From positions 12,591 to 76,590 of the forward strand of contig DUPV01000032.1 of assembly GCA_012838135.1 (NCBI GenBank): a DNA stretch of 64,000 bases, read 5' to 3'. Shown piece after piece: positions 39,230-48,908 of the stretch (positions are counted from its first letter, which is position 1; every line of letters starts with the position of its first letter). The translations under genes were made by a program, and so were the position numbers. The notes below the pieces were generated by a model. The model had not been told where the DNA came from. It saw only the letters and a list, made by a program, of their open reading frames with translations, and searched no databases. The stretch is from Clostridiaceae bacterium (GTDB lineage: Bacteria > Bacillota > Clostridia > Saccharofermentanales > DTU023).

Positions 39230-40606
39230 ATGACTACAAAAGAAATTAAATTGAGAGCTAAAAATGCTTTGAAACAAGGATGTCTTTGGTCAGGATATGG
39301 TGTAAATATCACTTTTGCTTTTATTAACACCATAATCAAAATGGTGTTAGGAGTATTTTTAAGTTTAGGACTGTTCGGTTCGCTGCTCAATTTCGGATTA
39401 GAGTTAACTCAAACTACCTTCTCATATGACATTGAATCCGTGTTAAATTTACTGGAATCCATTTTTAATCAGATTAAAGTCTTCGTTTTATCAGCATTGG
39501 TTCTTGCGTTGATTATGTTTGTTGTAAAACTATTGTTTACTAATGTTTTGACTTCAGGAAAACTGCTCTGGTTTTCTCGTAATAGAGAGCAAATGATGGC
39601 ACCTGCTTTTTCACTGCTTTTTAACGGATTAAAGAAGGGATCATATGGCGATCTTGTTAAAGGTATGGCTTGGCGCGATCTATGGCAGATGATTTGGCAA
39701 ATTCCAATTTTTATAGCTCAAGCAATAAGCGGAATTTATAGTATTTTAATTGTTGAACGTATACTGGAAGTGTTACGAGAAAATTATTTTAAATTATCTT
39801 CTTATAACGTGGAAAAGCAAATCTTAAACGAGATGATACCTAGTTTGATGTTTTTATTAATTATCATGAGCGTTGGAGCTATGATCGGTATCGGTTTTGG
39901 AGTTGTTACTATTGTCAAGCATTACAGTTATCGTGCTGCTGCTTGGATTTTAGCAGACAATCCTAATATCGGTCATAGTCGGGCATTGCAGTTATCGAAA
40001 AATATGACTTTGGGTTTTAAAGGCAAATGGTTTATCTTAGATCTTTCTTTTATCGGTTGGTTTTTGTTATTGCTATTGACATTACCTTTCATGCTTTTTA
40101 CGGGACCTTTATTGGAAACATATGTTAATGCCAGTCATGCGGAGTTTTATGCTTATCTGCGTGATCAGGCAGTACGTAAAGGTTTAGTCACAATGGAGGA
40201 ATTGGGTTATGTTGCAGTACAAGACAACTCGAATCAGCCTCCGATGAGTGCAACTGAATTTTATCAAAATCAAGTACCATTTGAACAACCTACTCATGCT
40301 GCACCGCCTTACAATACTGCACCGCCTTACAATACGGCCCAGCCTTACAATACGGCACAACCTTACAATACGGCACAATCTTATAATACGACAGAGCCGG
40401 ATAATGTGGTTCAAGCTGATTACACGGCACAGCCTGTTGAAGCGTCACAATTGCATGATACGGTACAGCCTGATAGTATAGTTCAATCACATGAAACAGC
40501 CCAACCGCCTGGTAATGTTATAAAGCCGGATGATGCGGCACAGCCTGATAATATGGTATTACCGGATAATACATCCCAATCTGATATTAATGGCAATAAT
40601 TTATAA
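39230..40606 (+). CDS. DUF975-family integral membrane protein with a repetitive Pro/Asn/Thr/Gln-rich C-terminal tail
   Basis: N-terminus MTTKEIKLRAKNALKQGCLW is typical of DUF975 (from memory). It has multiple TM helices and a C-terminal hexapeptide repeat region. Confidence 0.65.
   Translation: MTTKEIKLRAKNALKQGCLWSGYGVNITFAFINTIIKMVLGVFLSLGLFGSLLNFGLELTQTTFSYDIESVLNLLESIFNQIKVFVLSALVLALIMFVVKLLFTNVLTSGKLLWFSRNREQMMAPAFSLLFNGLKKGSYGDLVKGMAWRDLWQMIWQIPIFIAQAISGIYSILIVERILEVLRENYFKLSSYNVEKQILNEMIPSLMFLLIIMSVGAMIGIGFGVVTIVKHYSYRAAAWILADNPNIGHSRALQLSKNMTLGFKGKWFILDLSFIGWFLLLLLTLPFMLFTGPLLETYVNASHAEFYAYLRDQAVRKGLVTMEELGYVAVQDNSNQPPMSATEFYQNQVPFEQPTHAAPPYNTAPPYNTAQPYNTAQPYNTAQSYNTTEPDNVVQADYTAQPVEASQLHDTVQPDSIVQSHETAQPPGNVIKPDDAAQPDNMVLPDNTSQSDINGNNL
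40301..40570 (+). repeat. In-frame 18-nt tandem repeat array (about 15 units, degenerating 3'-ward) inside the DUF975 gene
   Basis: Units gcaccgccttacaatact / gcaccgccttacaatacg / gcccagccttacaatacg / gcacaaccttacaatacg / gcacaatcttataatacg encode A-[PQ]-[PS]-Y-N-T. Later units diverge (TEPDNV, VQADYT, AQPVEA...). Confidence 0.9.
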
Positions 40607-40971
40607 TGTGGATATTAGCAAGCAGACAATTTGATCAAACCGTAGATTTAATCAAAAGCCTGACATTTATTACAATAGCGCTATTGATTGTCTATTTCGT
40701 GTTGCGATTATTATTTAGTTTTTTTCGTAAAAAAAACAACTATCTCAATCAACAACGTGATAACATTGTTGAGGGTCAAGTTTGTCATGTATTTCAATAT
40801 GTTCGGCCGGAAAAAGTGGGATATATTATTTGTGAAACCGAAGACGGTGTGCGTTTTTCAGAAGCTGTTTCGGATATTGAAATTGAAGAGGGTACAGCAG
40901 TTGTCGTTATTTCAAGTCAACATAATACTTGCAAAATAAAACCTCTGGTTTCAAGAGTTAAACCTAAATAA
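40606..40971 (+). CDS. Small membrane protein with an NfeD-like C-terminal OB domain (tentative)
   Basis: The ATG overlaps the upstream TAA (TAATG). One TM helix is followed by a GQVCHV...GYIICE..G..FSA......EEGTAVVVIS pattern resembling the NfeD C-terminal domain. Confidence 0.45.
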   Translation: MWILASRQFDQTVDLIKSLTFITIALLIVYFVLRLLFSFFRKKNNYLNQQRDNIVEGQVCHVFQYVRPEKVGYIICETEDGVRFSEAVSDIEIEEGTAVVVISSQHNTCKIKPLVSRVKPK

Positions 40972-40981
40972 AAGATATAAG

Positions 40982-42808
40982 ATGGCTAAAGTTGCTTTAA
41001 TTGCTCTTAATTCAAGTTATAGTCATACCAATTTGGCGCTAAGATATATCAGAGAAAAGTTGGCGGATTTAAGAATTGCCGATTTAGAAATATTTTTCTT
41101 GGAAAAGACAATCAATGATCAATGGTTCAATTTGTTTGATGAATTGGTTAATTTACGTGCGGATATATATGCTTTTTCTTGTTATATTTGGAATCGTTCT
41201 TTAGTCGAATCACTTTCATTTCATCTCAAACAAATCAGACCGGAAACAGCGATAATTTGGGGCGGTCCGGATGTCTCATCTCAAGCTCAATTGATGTTGA
41301 ATGCTCATCCTTGGCTTGACGGTCTGATTCAGACTGAAGGTGATTCGGCAACAGTTGAGTGGATTTTGCGCTATTTAGGATATGAAAAATTTGATGTTGA
41401 GAGATTGAGCGGTGCGAGTGAAGAGCTATCCTGGGAATTTCCGTATACAGCAAGTGAAATGCAACATTTAAATGAGCGAATTTTATATTATGAAGGTAGT
41501 CGCGGTTGTGCTTACAACTGCACCTATTGTTTATCGAGCAATACTTACCGTGTACGGCATAAACCTTTGTCTGAAGTTTTTGCGGAACTTCAATGGATTA
41601 TGCAATTTAATCCTCGCCAATTGAAATTTATTGACCGGACTTTCAATTCAGATCCGCAGAGGGCTTTCGCAATTTGGCAGTTTATAATGCGGCAAACCGA
41701 AGAATTGAAGACCAGAACAAATTTTCATTTTGAAATTGCCGCTGAATTAATGACCGAAGAACAACTAACCTTATTGTCTGAACTAAAGCCGGGTTTATTT
41801 CAATTTGAAATCGGAGCCCAGACTACTAATCCTGAAGTTTTACGGACAATTCGCAGACCTTATCAGGCTGAACATTATAATAATATTGTGCGACAATTGC
41901 GCAACATGGAGAATATCCACTTGCATTTGGACTTAATTGCCGGTTTGCCTGGTGAAAGTTTAGAATCACAAATAAAATCCGCAAATGATTTATTGCTTTT
42001 ACGTCCGAATATGCTGCAAATGGGATTTTTAAAGGTATTACCCGATACAAAAATGAAAACCGATTGTGAGCAAAGAGGAGCAATTTATCAAACGATGCCG
42101 CCTTATGAAATTTTGCAATCAGATCGGATGAGTGTTAAAGATTTAATGTATTTGCGTAAAATTGAGAATGTTTTAAATCTGTATTATAATAGCGGACATT
42201 ATTTTTATAGTATTAATTATTTGATGCTTTTGACCGAACAGCCGTTTGCAGTAATTTTGGAATTATATGATTGGCTGCGACCGAATCTTGAACAAGGTGC
42301 TATAGCCAGATCAACTCAAATTGAATTATTTTATCGATTTGGGATGAATTATTTAGAAAATAACAGCTCAGTCGAAGAGTTGACAAATCATCAAATCCTG
42401 TTTGCAGATTTGTTGAAGTTGGATTATTTCTTACAAGGTTTCAAAGGTTATCCTAATTGGTTTACTGATTTACAACAGACCGATCAAGCAATACTTAAAG
42501 ACGCAACTGAAAAAGCGATGATTTTATACCGTAAGGCAGGTCATAAAGTCAGAGCCAGATTTGAGTGTTTTCATTTCAGTTTAATAGATTTACCGGGTTT
42601 TTCTCCGGCTCAGCATAAACAGTTTTCCGGTGTAGGAGTAGTGCAACCGAGTCCGACCAGAGTGCTGGCTTATTTAAAAGAGCAAAGTAAGAAAAAAGAG
42701 GACAAACTATCGTCTTTATACATTTGTGCTTTACAATTAGGTCAAGGACCGGTTAAAGTAATTGCCGAATATCAATTGATTGATATTCTTCAGCGGTCTG
42801 GCTTATAA
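40982..42808 (+). CDS. B12-binding-domain radical SAM protein (DUF4080 C-terminal type)
   Basis: An N-terminal B12-binding-like domain, then the CxxxCxxC cluster motif in EGSRGCAYNCTYCLSS, then a long C-terminal extension. Confidence 0.8.
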   Translation: MAKVALIALNSSYSHTNLALRYIREKLADLRIADLEIFFLEKTINDQWFNLFDELVNLRADIYAFSCYIWNRSLVESLSFHLKQIRPETAIIWGGPDVSSQAQLMLNAHPWLDGLIQTEGDSATVEWILRYLGYEKFDVERLSGASEELSWEFPYTASEMQHLNERILYYEGSRGCAYNCTYCLSSNTYRVRHKPLSEVFAELQWIMQFNPRQLKFIDRTFNSDPQRAFAIWQFIMRQTEELKTRTNFHFEIAAELMTEEQLTLLSELKPGLFQFEIGAQTTNPEVLRTIRRPYQAEHYNNIVRQLRNMENIHLHLDLIAGLPGESLESQIKSANDLLLLRPNMLQMGFLKVLPDTKMKTDCEQRGAIYQTMPPYEILQSDRMSVKDLMYLRKIENVLNLYYNSGHYFYSINYLMLLTEQPFAVILELYDWLRPNLEQGAIARSTQIELFYRFGMNYLENNSSVEELTNHQILFADLLKLDYFLQGFKGYPNWFTDLQQTDQAILKDATEKAMILYRKAGHKVRARFECFHFSLIDLPGFSPAQHKQFSGVGVVQPSPTRVLAYLKEQSKKKEDKLSSLYICALQLGQGPVKVIAEYQLIDILQRSGL

Positions 42809-42869
42809 TTATAGATGAACAAGAATGTATTCTTATTAAAAATAAAAATCAGTTAGATGGAGGTATCAT

Positions 42870-44189
42870 ATGATTCGTATATGTGAAAATCACCTTAAAC
42901 CTTTTGTGCAAGAGCATGAATTAGAGTATTTGGCAACACAGTTAGCATTAGCCTTTGACAATGTCACGGAGAAAACCGGACCGGGTAATGACTTTTTAGG
43001 TTGGGTTGATTTACCCATTAATTATGATGAGGAAGAATTTGACCGCATTATTTATGCAGCGGAACGGATTCGATCACAAAGTGATGTCTTATTGGTAGTC
43101 GGTATCGGCGGATCATATCTGGGTGCACGTGCAGTAATTGAAGCATTGAATCCTACTTTCCGTAAACCTGATGATTTAGAAATAATCTTTGCCGGTCATC
43201 AAATCAGTGGTGATTATTTGGCAGAATTACTTGACTATCTTGAAGATAAAGATGTTTCCTTAAATGTAATATCGAAATCGGGTACTACAACTGAGCCTGC
43301 AATTGCTTTCCGGATTTTACGCGAATTCATGGAGAAAAAATATGGTGAAATGAGTACAGAGCGAATCTTCATTACTACCGATAAAGAGCGCGGTGCTTTA
43401 AAGGAACTGGCAAATCAGGTTGGTTATGAAACATTTGTTGTACCGGATGATGTAGGTGGGCGCTATTCAGTCTTAACAGCAGTCGGATTATTGCCAATTG
43501 CTGCTGCCGGAATTTCAATTAAGGAATTGATGCAGGGTGCTGCTGAACAAAGAGAATTGGCTTTAAATTTTGATCTGGAAGACAATGTTATTCTGCGGTA
43601 TGCCGGTTGGAGAAATATTTTGTTGCGTCGTGGTTACGATACTGAAATTTTAGTCAATTATGAACCCGGATTAATGTTCTTCAATGAATGGTGGAAACAA
43701 CTTTATGGTGAGAGTGAAGGCAAGGACGGCAAAGGGTTATTCCCGGCCGGAGTTAATTTTACCTCGGATCTGCACTCGATGGGACAATTTATTCAAGACG
43801 GTAAGCGCAATCTGTTTGAAACGGTTTTAGATTTTAAACAAACCAGAAAAGAAATTTATATTCCGGGTGATGAACAGAATCTGGATGAATTGAATTATTT
43901 GACCGGCAAGAGTTTGCAAGAAGTCAATCGAACCGCTTTGCAAGGTGTCATGTTGGCCCATGAAGATGGCGGAACTCCGACGATTCGTTTGGAATTAGAC
44001 CGTCTGGATGTCAAACACCTCGGTGCTTTGATTTATTTCTTTGAATTTGCCTGTGGTATCAGCGGTTATCTTTTAGGTGTAAATCCCTTTAATCAACCCG
44101 GAGTTGAAGCTTATAAACGCAATATGTTTGCTTTATTAGGCAAACCGGGCTATGAGGAATTGACCAAAGAATTAGAACAAAGACTTTAA
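42870..44189 (+). CDS. pgi: Glucose-6-phosphate isomerase (short bacterial type)
   Basis: [39 protein letters not shown] and [10 protein letters not shown] motifs. 439 aa. Confidence 0.93.
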   Translation: MIRICENHLKPFVQEHELEYLATQLALAFDNVTEKTGPGNDFLGWVDLPINYDEEEFDRIIYAAERIRSQSDVLLVVGIGGSYLGARAVIEALNPTFRKPDDLEIIFAGHQISGDYLAELLDYLEDKDVSLNVISKSGTTTEPAIAFRILREFMEKKYGEMSTERIFITTDKERGALKELANQVGYETFVVPDDVGGRYSVLTAVGLLPIAAAGISIKELMQGAAEQRELALNFDLEDNVILRYAGWRNILLRRGYDTEILVNYEPGLMFFNEWWKQLYGESEGKDGKGLFPAGVNFTSDLHSMGQFIQDGKRNLFETVLDFKQTRKEIYIPGDEQNLDELNYLTGKSLQEVNRTALQGVMLAHEDGGTPTIRLELDRLDVKHLGALIYFFEFACGISGYLLGVNPFNQPGVEAYKRNMFALLGKPGYEELTKELEQRL

Positions 44190-46075
44190 TGCTGAATAAA
44201 TCACAGAACCTTTTTTATCCGAATCATGTTTTAAGGCAGGTAGAAAAACCGGCACGATACTTAGGACATGAATGGAACATGATAGATAAAAGCGACCTGA
44301 TGGATCATAGGCATGTAAAAAAGCCTATGATCCGTTTTGGTTTTTGCTTCCCGGATATTTATGAAATAGGTATGTCCAATATGGCTCTGCGTATTATTTA
44401 TAACTTGTTAAACAGCAGAGAAGATACCTGGTGTGAGAGAATTTTCTCGCCTGCGGGTGATATGCGTGAATTCATGCAAGACTTAGATATTCCGCTTGTT
44501 TCTTTAGAATCGAAGACTCCTTTGAATTACTTTGATATTGTCGGTTTTACCTTGCAATATGAAATGAGTTTTCCGACAATCTTAGACATGCTTGATCTGG
44601 GAAATATTCCTGTTAATAATTCTGAACGAAGCAATAATGATCCGCTGATTGTTGCAGGCGGACCGATTGTCTATAATCCGGAGCCTTTAGCAGATTTTAT
44701 TGATCTGTTTATGATCGGTGACGGTGAAGAATTATTAGGTGAATTGATCGATTTATATAAAACTTGGAATCGGGATCATGAAAGCAGAGAATCATTTCTT
44801 TTACGCTGTACGGAACTTGAAGGTGTTTATGTGCCTTGTCTCTATGAGCCTGAATATTATTCGGACGGTAGATTTAAGCAAATTAATAAATTACATCGGG
44901 TTGCTCCGGATCAGATTAGAAAAAGAGTAATCCATGATATCGATCAGGTATTTTTCCCAACTGAACCGATTGTGCCGAGTACGCAAATTGTTCATGATCG
45001 GGCATATTTGGAATTGTTTCGTGGTTGTCCGCGCGGTTGTCGCTTTTGTCAGGCAGGAATGGTTTATCGTCCGGTCAGAGAAAGAACCGTTGATTTATTA
45101 GTTGAACAGGCAAAACATTTAATTGAATCAACCGGTTATGATGAATTGGGTCTTCTCTCATTATCTACCGGTGATTATTCTGACTTGAAACAATTAGGCA
45201 ATCGACTTTTGGATTTTTGTACTGAACAGAATATCAGCCTATCTTTACCTTCATTACGTTTAGATTCTTTTAGTTTTGATTTGATGTCCAAAGTCAGCAA
45301 AACCAGAAAGTCTGGTTTGACTTTTGCACCTGAAGCAGGTAGTCAGAGATTACGTGATATCATTAATAAAGACATTACTGAATCGGATTTATTAGAAGCA
45401 GCCCGAATTGCTTTTAGCGGCGGATGGAATCGACTTAAATTCTATTTTATGCTGGGTTTGCCTTTTGAAAATGCGGATGATGTTTTCAGTATTCCTGAAT
45501 TGGCAAAAAAAGTTTTACAGGTTTATTCTGATTTACCATCTGAACAGAGAAAACGTAAACCCCAACTGACAATCAGTACATCTTTTTTTATTCCTAAAGC
45601 TTGGACTCCGTTTCAATGGTGCAGTCAGATTGATCAGATTCAAATGTTGGAAAAAAGAAAAATTTTAATCGAGAATATGCGATTAAGTACGATTAGTTAT
45701 CAATGGCATGAGCCGGACTTGAGTGTGGCTCAAGGCATTATTGCCAGGGGTGATCGCAAAATTGGCAAGGTAATTGAAGAAGTATGGCGTAATGGTGGTT
45801 GGCTTGAATCTTGGAATGATTTTTTTGATTATGAACGTTGGAAAAATGCGATGAGTAAGTATAATTTATCGATTGATTTTTATACTTCAAGGCAGAGATC
45901 AAGTGATGAAACATTTCCTTGGGATCATATCAGTTGCGGTGTAAGCAAAGACTTTTTGTGGTCGGAATATCAAAAAGCTGAAGCCGGAGAATTGACAGCA
46001 GAATGTCGCGAACAATGTCATAATTGCGGTGCTTTACAATTTAAAACAGGATTATGTGTCAGCCATGGCAAGTAA
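44189..46075 (+). CDS. Radical SAM protein, TIGR03960-like (B12-binding N-terminal region)
   Basis: CxxxCxxC in FRGCPRGCRFCQAGMVYRP. The ATG overlaps the pgi TAA (TAATG). It is followed by its usual DUF2344 partner. Confidence 0.8.
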   Translation: MLNKSQNLFYPNHVLRQVEKPARYLGHEWNMIDKSDLMDHRHVKKPMIRFGFCFPDIYEIGMSNMALRIIYNLLNSREDTWCERIFSPAGDMREFMQDLDIPLVSLESKTPLNYFDIVGFTLQYEMSFPTILDMLDLGNIPVNNSERSNNDPLIVAGGPIVYNPEPLADFIDLFMIGDGEELLGELIDLYKTWNRDHESRESFLLRCTELEGVYVPCLYEPEYYSDGRFKQINKLHRVAPDQIRKRVIHDIDQVFFPTEPIVPSTQIVHDRAYLELFRGCPRGCRFCQAGMVYRPVRERTVDLLVEQAKHLIESTGYDELGLLSLSTGDYSDLKQLGNRLLDFCTEQNISLSLPSLRLDSFSFDLMSKVSKTRKSGLTFAPEAGSQRLRDIINKDITESDLLEAARIAFSGGWNRLKFYFMLGLPFENADDVFSIPELAKKVLQVYSDLPSEQRKRKPQLTISTSFFIPKAWTPFQWCSQIDQIQMLEKRKILIENMRLSTISYQWHEPDLSVAQGIIARGDRKIGKVIEEVWRNGGWLESWNDFFDYERWKNAMSKYNLSIDFYTSRQRSSDETFPWDHISCGVSKDFLWSEYQKAEAGELTAECREQCHNCGALQFKTGLCVSHGK

Positions 46076-46754
46076 ACAAAAAGCAAATTATCGTTATCGT
46101 TTAAAATATTCGCGTACAGGAGTGACTGCTTGGATCGGTCATCTCGATTTGATGCGCACATTTCAACGTAGTTGCAAACGTGCAAAATTGCCGGTGGCAT
46201 TTACCGAGGGCTATAATCCGAGACCGATTATGGAATTTGCCCTACCGGTAGGTGTCGGAATTGAAACCAGATTGGATCCGTTAGATTTGGAATTAATCGA
46301 AAAAATACCTGCTCAGGAGATCATGCAACAATTGAACATCAAATTACCGCAAGGTTTGAAGATTGAAGTGGCTGAATATCTCGAACATCCGGAAAAGAAT
46401 TTGATGAGTTTAGTTGAAGCTGCTGCATATACAATTAGCGCTGATAATTTAGGAACTGCAACCGAAAAAGTTATCTTAAGCAATAATCATACATTAATTG
46501 TTGAAAGAACTCGCAAAGGCAAAATACGCCGATATAATTTGCGTGAATTAATTATTGATTTGCAAGTTGTTTCTCCCAGACAAATTAAACTTTTGTGCAA
46601 AGCGGGAAGTATTGCAAACCTGCGACCCGATATGCTGTTAAAAGCTTTATATGAAGCAAGGGAAATTACAAAAACAGATGCGTTAGGTGCTATAATTATC
46701 CGAGATCAGGTTTACTTAAAAAAAAGAGAAACTAAATTATTAGAAATATTATAA
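46065..46754 (+). CDS. DUF2344 / TIGR03936-like radical-SAM-associated protein
   Basis: The sequence from the ATG at 46065 reads MASKQKANYRYRLKYSRTGVTAWIGHLDLMRTFQRSCKRAKLPVAFTEGYNPRP, the characteristic N-terminus. It overlaps the upstream gene by 11 nt. Confidence 0.8.
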   Translation: MASKQKANYRYRLKYSRTGVTAWIGHLDLMRTFQRSCKRAKLPVAFTEGYNPRPIMEFALPVGVGIETRLDPLDLELIEKIPAQEIMQQLNIKLPQGLKIEVAEYLEHPEKNLMSLVEAAAYTISADNLGTATEKVILSNNHTLIVERTRKGKIRRYNLRELIIDLQVVSPRQIKLLCKAGSIANLRPDMLLKALYEAREITKTDALGAIIIRDQVYLKKRETKLLEIL

Positions 46755-46805
46755 AAACCAATTGAATATCAGTTTAATTATAAATAATTAATGTGGAGGA
46801 TTAAA

Positions 46806-48908
46806 TTGTCAGTTATCAGTATCAGGCTTCCGGGCTACTTTAAAGACAATATGGTTTTACAACAAGGGGTAACAAACCGTATCTTTGGACAAACAAAACC
46901 CAATGCAAAAATTGAGGCTTTGCTAGAGAGGTATCCGGGAATTGATTCTGCAAAAACTAAAGAATATGGGATTGTATTTCAAAGTACGGAAGAATCCGAT
47001 GCGCGTGGTCTATTCGGATTCAGATTACCTGTGTTGGAAGCTTCATATGATTTTTATCGTTTGTCTTTAACTGTAGAAAACACACGCTGTTCCATTGAAA
47101 ACATTTATTTTGGTGAAGTCTGGTTAGCCTTGGGCGAGTCAAATATGTCAATGCCGGTTCGTTATACCGATGTTGAAGATTTACTTCCTCAAATTTCCAA
47201 ACAACAGAAAATACGAATATTTACAATGGCTGAATATGGTTTGTCTGCTGATGAAGATATGTTTTTATTTATGCCGACAGCTCGCATTATAAACGGACAA
47301 TGGTTGACTCCGGATACGGAAAATCTTTTGGATGTATCTGCGACAGCTTTAGTTTTTGCTGCAAGATTGCAGGAAAGTCTGAATGTTCCGGTCGCAATTT
47401 ATGATTTAGCAGCTGCGGATACAATGATTCACAGTTGGTTACCTCGAGAAATTATTGAAACTAAACCGCATCTGAAGCAGCATGTACAGGACGTAGAACA
47501 CTATCGGGATAAATCTAATTGGAATGATTTATTATCATCTGAAGCGACATCTTTCAGTCGAAAGAATCAACCAACTGTAATGTATAATCACAAACTTGCT
47601 CCGTTTACCAGTTTATCAATTCGTGGCGTTCTTTTTTCACATGGTGAATCGGATGTTCATTACCCCGAGTATTATTTAGAAGCATTTAAGGAATTTTCTG
47701 TAGTCTTATGTCGCAATTTTCATAGTTTCAAACGCGGTCCGTGCATGATTTACAGTCAATTAGCACCTTATTATTACAGTTCAAACGATGATAAAATATT
47801 GGCATATTTTAATGAAATTTTAACCATTGCCAGACGCCAGCTGAAAACTCCTGCCGGTATGATTACATTATATGATTTACCTTTGGATTATAATACAGAA
47901 GGTGATAATATATACGCCAGACCGTTAAATCCGAGAGCTAAGGCTCAAATCGGCGAGCGAATGTGTGCAATTGCTAAAGGTCTGGTTTATCATGCCGATA
48001 TGCCGACTTCGGCACCGGAAGTCAAGTATGCGGAATGGATTTCAGATAAATTAATTCTGAGTTTTGCCAATGTGGGTGAAGGATTAAAACTGCCGGAAGG
48101 CGATTTAACTTTAAAAGGTTTTAATATTTGCGGTGAAACTTCAAATTATTTACCGGCTCACGCCAATAAACTATTCGGTATTCGAACTTTGGTTTGGCAT
48201 CCGGAAATCAAAAAACCGCAATCCTGTTCCTATGCTTTTTCCAGCTTTAATCAAGCTGCAAATTTATTAGGCGGTGACGGTATGCCGGTCGTTCCTTTCC
48301 GTCTGGAAAGAGATTATCCGGAAAATTCATTGAGTCAAATATGGATGTATTGTGATCAATTAACGGGTTGGATAGTTCCGAAAAAAGAAATGAATTATGT
48401 GGAAATGATGAAAGAGGACCGTCCGGGATATTTCCCTTTATGGCAGATTTATTCCGGAAAGGGTAAATTGAGTTTAGAAAAAAATAATAAACGCAGCAGT
48501 TCGGCTGCCTTATACTTAGAATATACGAAAGCTAATGAAAAACCGATCATGTTCGAACCTATTTTACATTATGCTTCACTCTATCCGCCGTTGAATTTGA
48601 GTTTTTGGCATAGACTGACAATTGAACTTTTTAATTCAGATCATCATGTGAAGAAGATCTTTTTATTGTTGGAAGATGAATCTGGTAATTCTGCAAGATC
48701 AGTTCCACATCAAATAAAAGATGTCTTGGCGTGGCAAAAAATTAGTTTTATAATTGACGAGATGCCGGTAGATTTAAGCAAAATTAAGCGTTTGCAATTT
48801 ATTTTACAATCAAATCATTCAGATGGTAATTTAACTATAGATTCAGTATTCGGTGAAGGTAGAAAAATTATTGTAAAGGAAGTAGAGGATATAGATGAAG
48901 AGAATTGA
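46806..48908 (+). CDS. Sialate O-acetylesterase-like (SASA/DUF303 SGNH-type) protein with a large C-terminal extension
   Basis: GEVWLALGESNMSMPV and GVLFSHGESD match the SASA signature blocks. GGAGG (46795-46799) favours the TTG at 46806. No signal peptide is seen. Confidence 0.6.
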   Translation: MSVISIRLPGYFKDNMVLQQGVTNRIFGQTKPNAKIEALLERYPGIDSAKTKEYGIVFQSTEESDARGLFGFRLPVLEASYDFYRLSLTVENTRCSIENIYFGEVWLALGESNMSMPVRYTDVEDLLPQISKQQKIRIFTMAEYGLSADEDMFLFMPTARIINGQWLTPDTENLLDVSATALVFAARLQESLNVPVAIYDLAAADTMIHSWLPREIIETKPHLKQHVQDVEHYRDKSNWNDLLSSEATSFSRKNQPTVMYNHKLAPFTSLSIRGVLFSHGESDVHYPEYYLEAFKEFSVVLCRNFHSFKRGPCMIYSQLAPYYYSSNDDKILAYFNEILTIARRQLKTPAGMITLYDLPLDYNTEGDNIYARPLNPRAKAQIGERMCAIAKGLVYHADMPTSAPEVKYAEWISDKLILSFANVGEGLKLPEGDLTLKGFNICGETSNYLPAHANKLFGIRTLVWHPEIKKPQSCSYAFSSFNQAANLLGGDGMPVVPFRLERDYPENSLSQIWMYCDQLTGWIVPKKEMNYVEMMKEDRPGYFPLWQIYSGKGKLSLEKNNKRSSSAALYLEYTKANEKPIMFEPILHYASLYPPLNLSFWHRLTIELFNSDHHVKKIFLLLEDESGNSARSVPHQIKDVLAWQKISFIIDEMPVDLSKIKRLQFILQSNHSDGNLTIDSVFGEGRKIIVKEVEDIDEEN

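Noticed and set aside
40184-40490. Three overlapping ORFs (40184..40414 -, 40248..40481 +, 40290..40490 -) with repetitive translations
   Set aside because: They are artefacts of the 18-nt tandem repeat, which stays open in several frames. The DUF975 frame is the only one continuous with a real protein.
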